Shown: positions 61,986 through 64,000 of the stretch, one piece after another
How the letters are laid out: every line of letters starts with the position of its first letter
How positions within the stretch are numbered: position 1 is the first letter of the stretch
Assembly (NCBI GenBank): GCA_030704615.1
Contig: CM060732.1
Location: forward strand, 74,090,001-74,154,000
DNA length: 64,000 bases
DNA from: Takakia lepidozioides
Lineage: Eukaryota > Plantae > Bryophyta
Direction of reading: 5' to 3'
Program-made: the position numbers and the translations under genes
Notes under the pieces: model-generated
Told to the model about the DNA's origin: nothing
The model's input: the letters and a program-made list of their open reading frames with translations, nothing else
Database searches by the model: none

Positions 61986-64000
61986 AGCAAAAGCATTATT
62001 CATCCCTCTTGGGCTACATCTTCTACTCGGATCTTGCCAGTTCCAGTGTCTTCTGCCCGGCCCCCCCCCATTCCTCCCTTTCCCTCCCTCTCTCTTCTAC
62101 CCCCTCCTCCTCCATTTTCAGATCTTCTACAGTTCAGCCCTGTCCATGCAGCAAAAAAAAAAAAAAGACCCCTCTGACCCAATGCATCTTGAAGCAAACT
62201 TTCTCGTGTCTACCCCCGCTGGCCCTTTGAAACAACCCTCCCCTCCTCACCCCTACTTCTGGGCCAATAGCCTCCTCCCTATTGACAAAAGAGTTAAGTT
62301 TAATTGCCTGTACCCAAGGCCATCAAATGAGACTATTATCCGGATTATAAGTTTAATAGCATATCATACGGCTATTATCCGATATGCTCAGCATGATAGT
62401 CATGATTGCTGAATTGGAATTTTCGTGTGGACCGAATGCTCCGCAAACTTCGCGCACATCTGCAATCAAAATGACTTAGCCGCATTCCAATATGTTTTCT
62501 CTAAGCTAAATTCCATTTTTAGGTTTCCACTTTAAATTTGGCTTCCATGAGTACTCTGATGATCATTTGTAGCATATCTGCTATACTAAGCCACCGCTAT
62601 TAAATTTTTACTTAGCTATGGCAGCTCGAGCTGCCTTTCTCGAAGTGCTCTTCTGTTTGAATATATCTCTCTAATCCCCAGCACTGATAGGAACGCCTTG
62701 CTTATCACTAGCCCACATAGTTCGCTTCAGCAGGTACACCATGGCGCTTAGAATCTCCATCGATTTTGACAACGATTCCACAACTGCTATTGACAACTCG
62801 CAGCATCCCCACTTCAACACATCTGACGCATACATCAGGGCGGAGCCCCAACTTCCACGGCTTGTCGTGCAGCCTTGTGACGAGCAGCAGGTGCTTATAA
62901 CGATTCCCCAGCAAATCAAGGCACATTCAGAAAACAATCGACCAAACAATGACTACCTTTTGTGTGAGGCAGAAACAAGCAGCAATGCATAATATCCTAC
63001 GGGCTATCTAACAGAGGAAGAAGAAGCATTCCAAGAATTTTGTGCAGAAAACGCCCCAGAGTCTGAGCCAGGTTGGAGATCGCCCTCCCCTTCTCGAAAG
63101 GCAGAATCATCAGGTACTATTCCTAGTGGTCTTCCAAAAAAGTACGGATTATACAACACTACGCACTACTTTCAACTTGAAGATTATCACCTGGGCGAAC
63201 AGTCTCAACCTCAAGAAGAGTTTCACGGAAGTGCTCAATCTGGCCAAGTGAGCATAATTCAGCCCACACAGCCTACACTTGGCTGTGATGTGGAGCTTAC
63301 AGCGTTAGACAGTTTGTGGTATGATCGTTTTGAGGTTGTCGTAGATGCCTCGATTGAAGCCCTATTTAGCATATTAACATCTAATGCTCAAACTGTGCGA
63401 ACGAGTGGCCCAACAGTAACTTCACCGCTAGCTATTGTTACAAAGATTGTTGACAAACGTCTTCATATACAGCTGCCACTAGCAGAAATCAAGTGTGCAT
63501 TGCTCAGAGGTTATTCCCTCTATTGGCGACAACTTGGACTATTGCAAGAACTCTGCTTTGGGGAATAGGACGGTGCTCTTACCCACACTGGTCCACATAT
63601 CAAGATCAACAAATTATGGATTGATGTCTTTATACATGGCCAGGGCACCTTTTTGTTGCGATTCCTACGATTTGGACAGGCACGACCATCCACACTGGAA
63701 TACAAACATATCTTCTCAGGACTATCTACTTCACAAGCCAAAGCATTGGAAGGGGACCTGGTCATACTCCCGGCTGTCAAATTTGAAGATGAGAAAGTTT
63801 ACAGACTTCAGGCAGGTACTTGGCTGGATGGCATGGCTACTGGCGCTATCCTGGTTTGTGAATGGGGTACACACCCCATCATTCGTGGATTTTTGGATTA
63901 AAGAACCCAGAGTCTGGCACATGTTTGCTGCATCTGCCTACACTAGCGAAACACACGAGCTCATCAAGGTTACATACCTACAGGAATGGAGATCCCCCAA

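Overview
Eukaryotic nuclear DNA from a land plant, probably a seed-free lineage (inferred from the TE types and the PLS-DYW gene style). About 75% is transposon-derived. Bases 1-24265 hold two related non-chromovirus Ty3/gypsy elements in convergent orientation: a left-truncated + copy (1-10007) and a complete - copy (11216-24265, TG..CA LTRs, AGCCA TSD, tRNA-Arg-like PBS, extra ORFs both 5' of gag and 3' of pol). Both are nested in a larger block (about 10008-42230) that looks like one giant Mutator-like (MULE) element. That block contains a degenerate MULE/SWIM transposase, an unknown spliced gene, an FCP1/NIF-type phosphatase, an internally inverted CACTA TNP2 remnant and a LINE fragment. 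It also has three separate non-coding tandem arrays built on one palindromic motif (GGAAATTCGGCGCCGAATTTCC), an architecture reminiscent of VANDAL/VANC anti-silencing. The right part has an ARM-repeat gene, a 6.1-kb element with 75-bp TIRs (MULE fragment plus unknown cargo, GTCTG-rich), an intact PLS-class PPR-DYW (EYW) editing-factor ORF and tRNA-Lys(CUU). All calls come from reading motifs by eye; no database searches were run.
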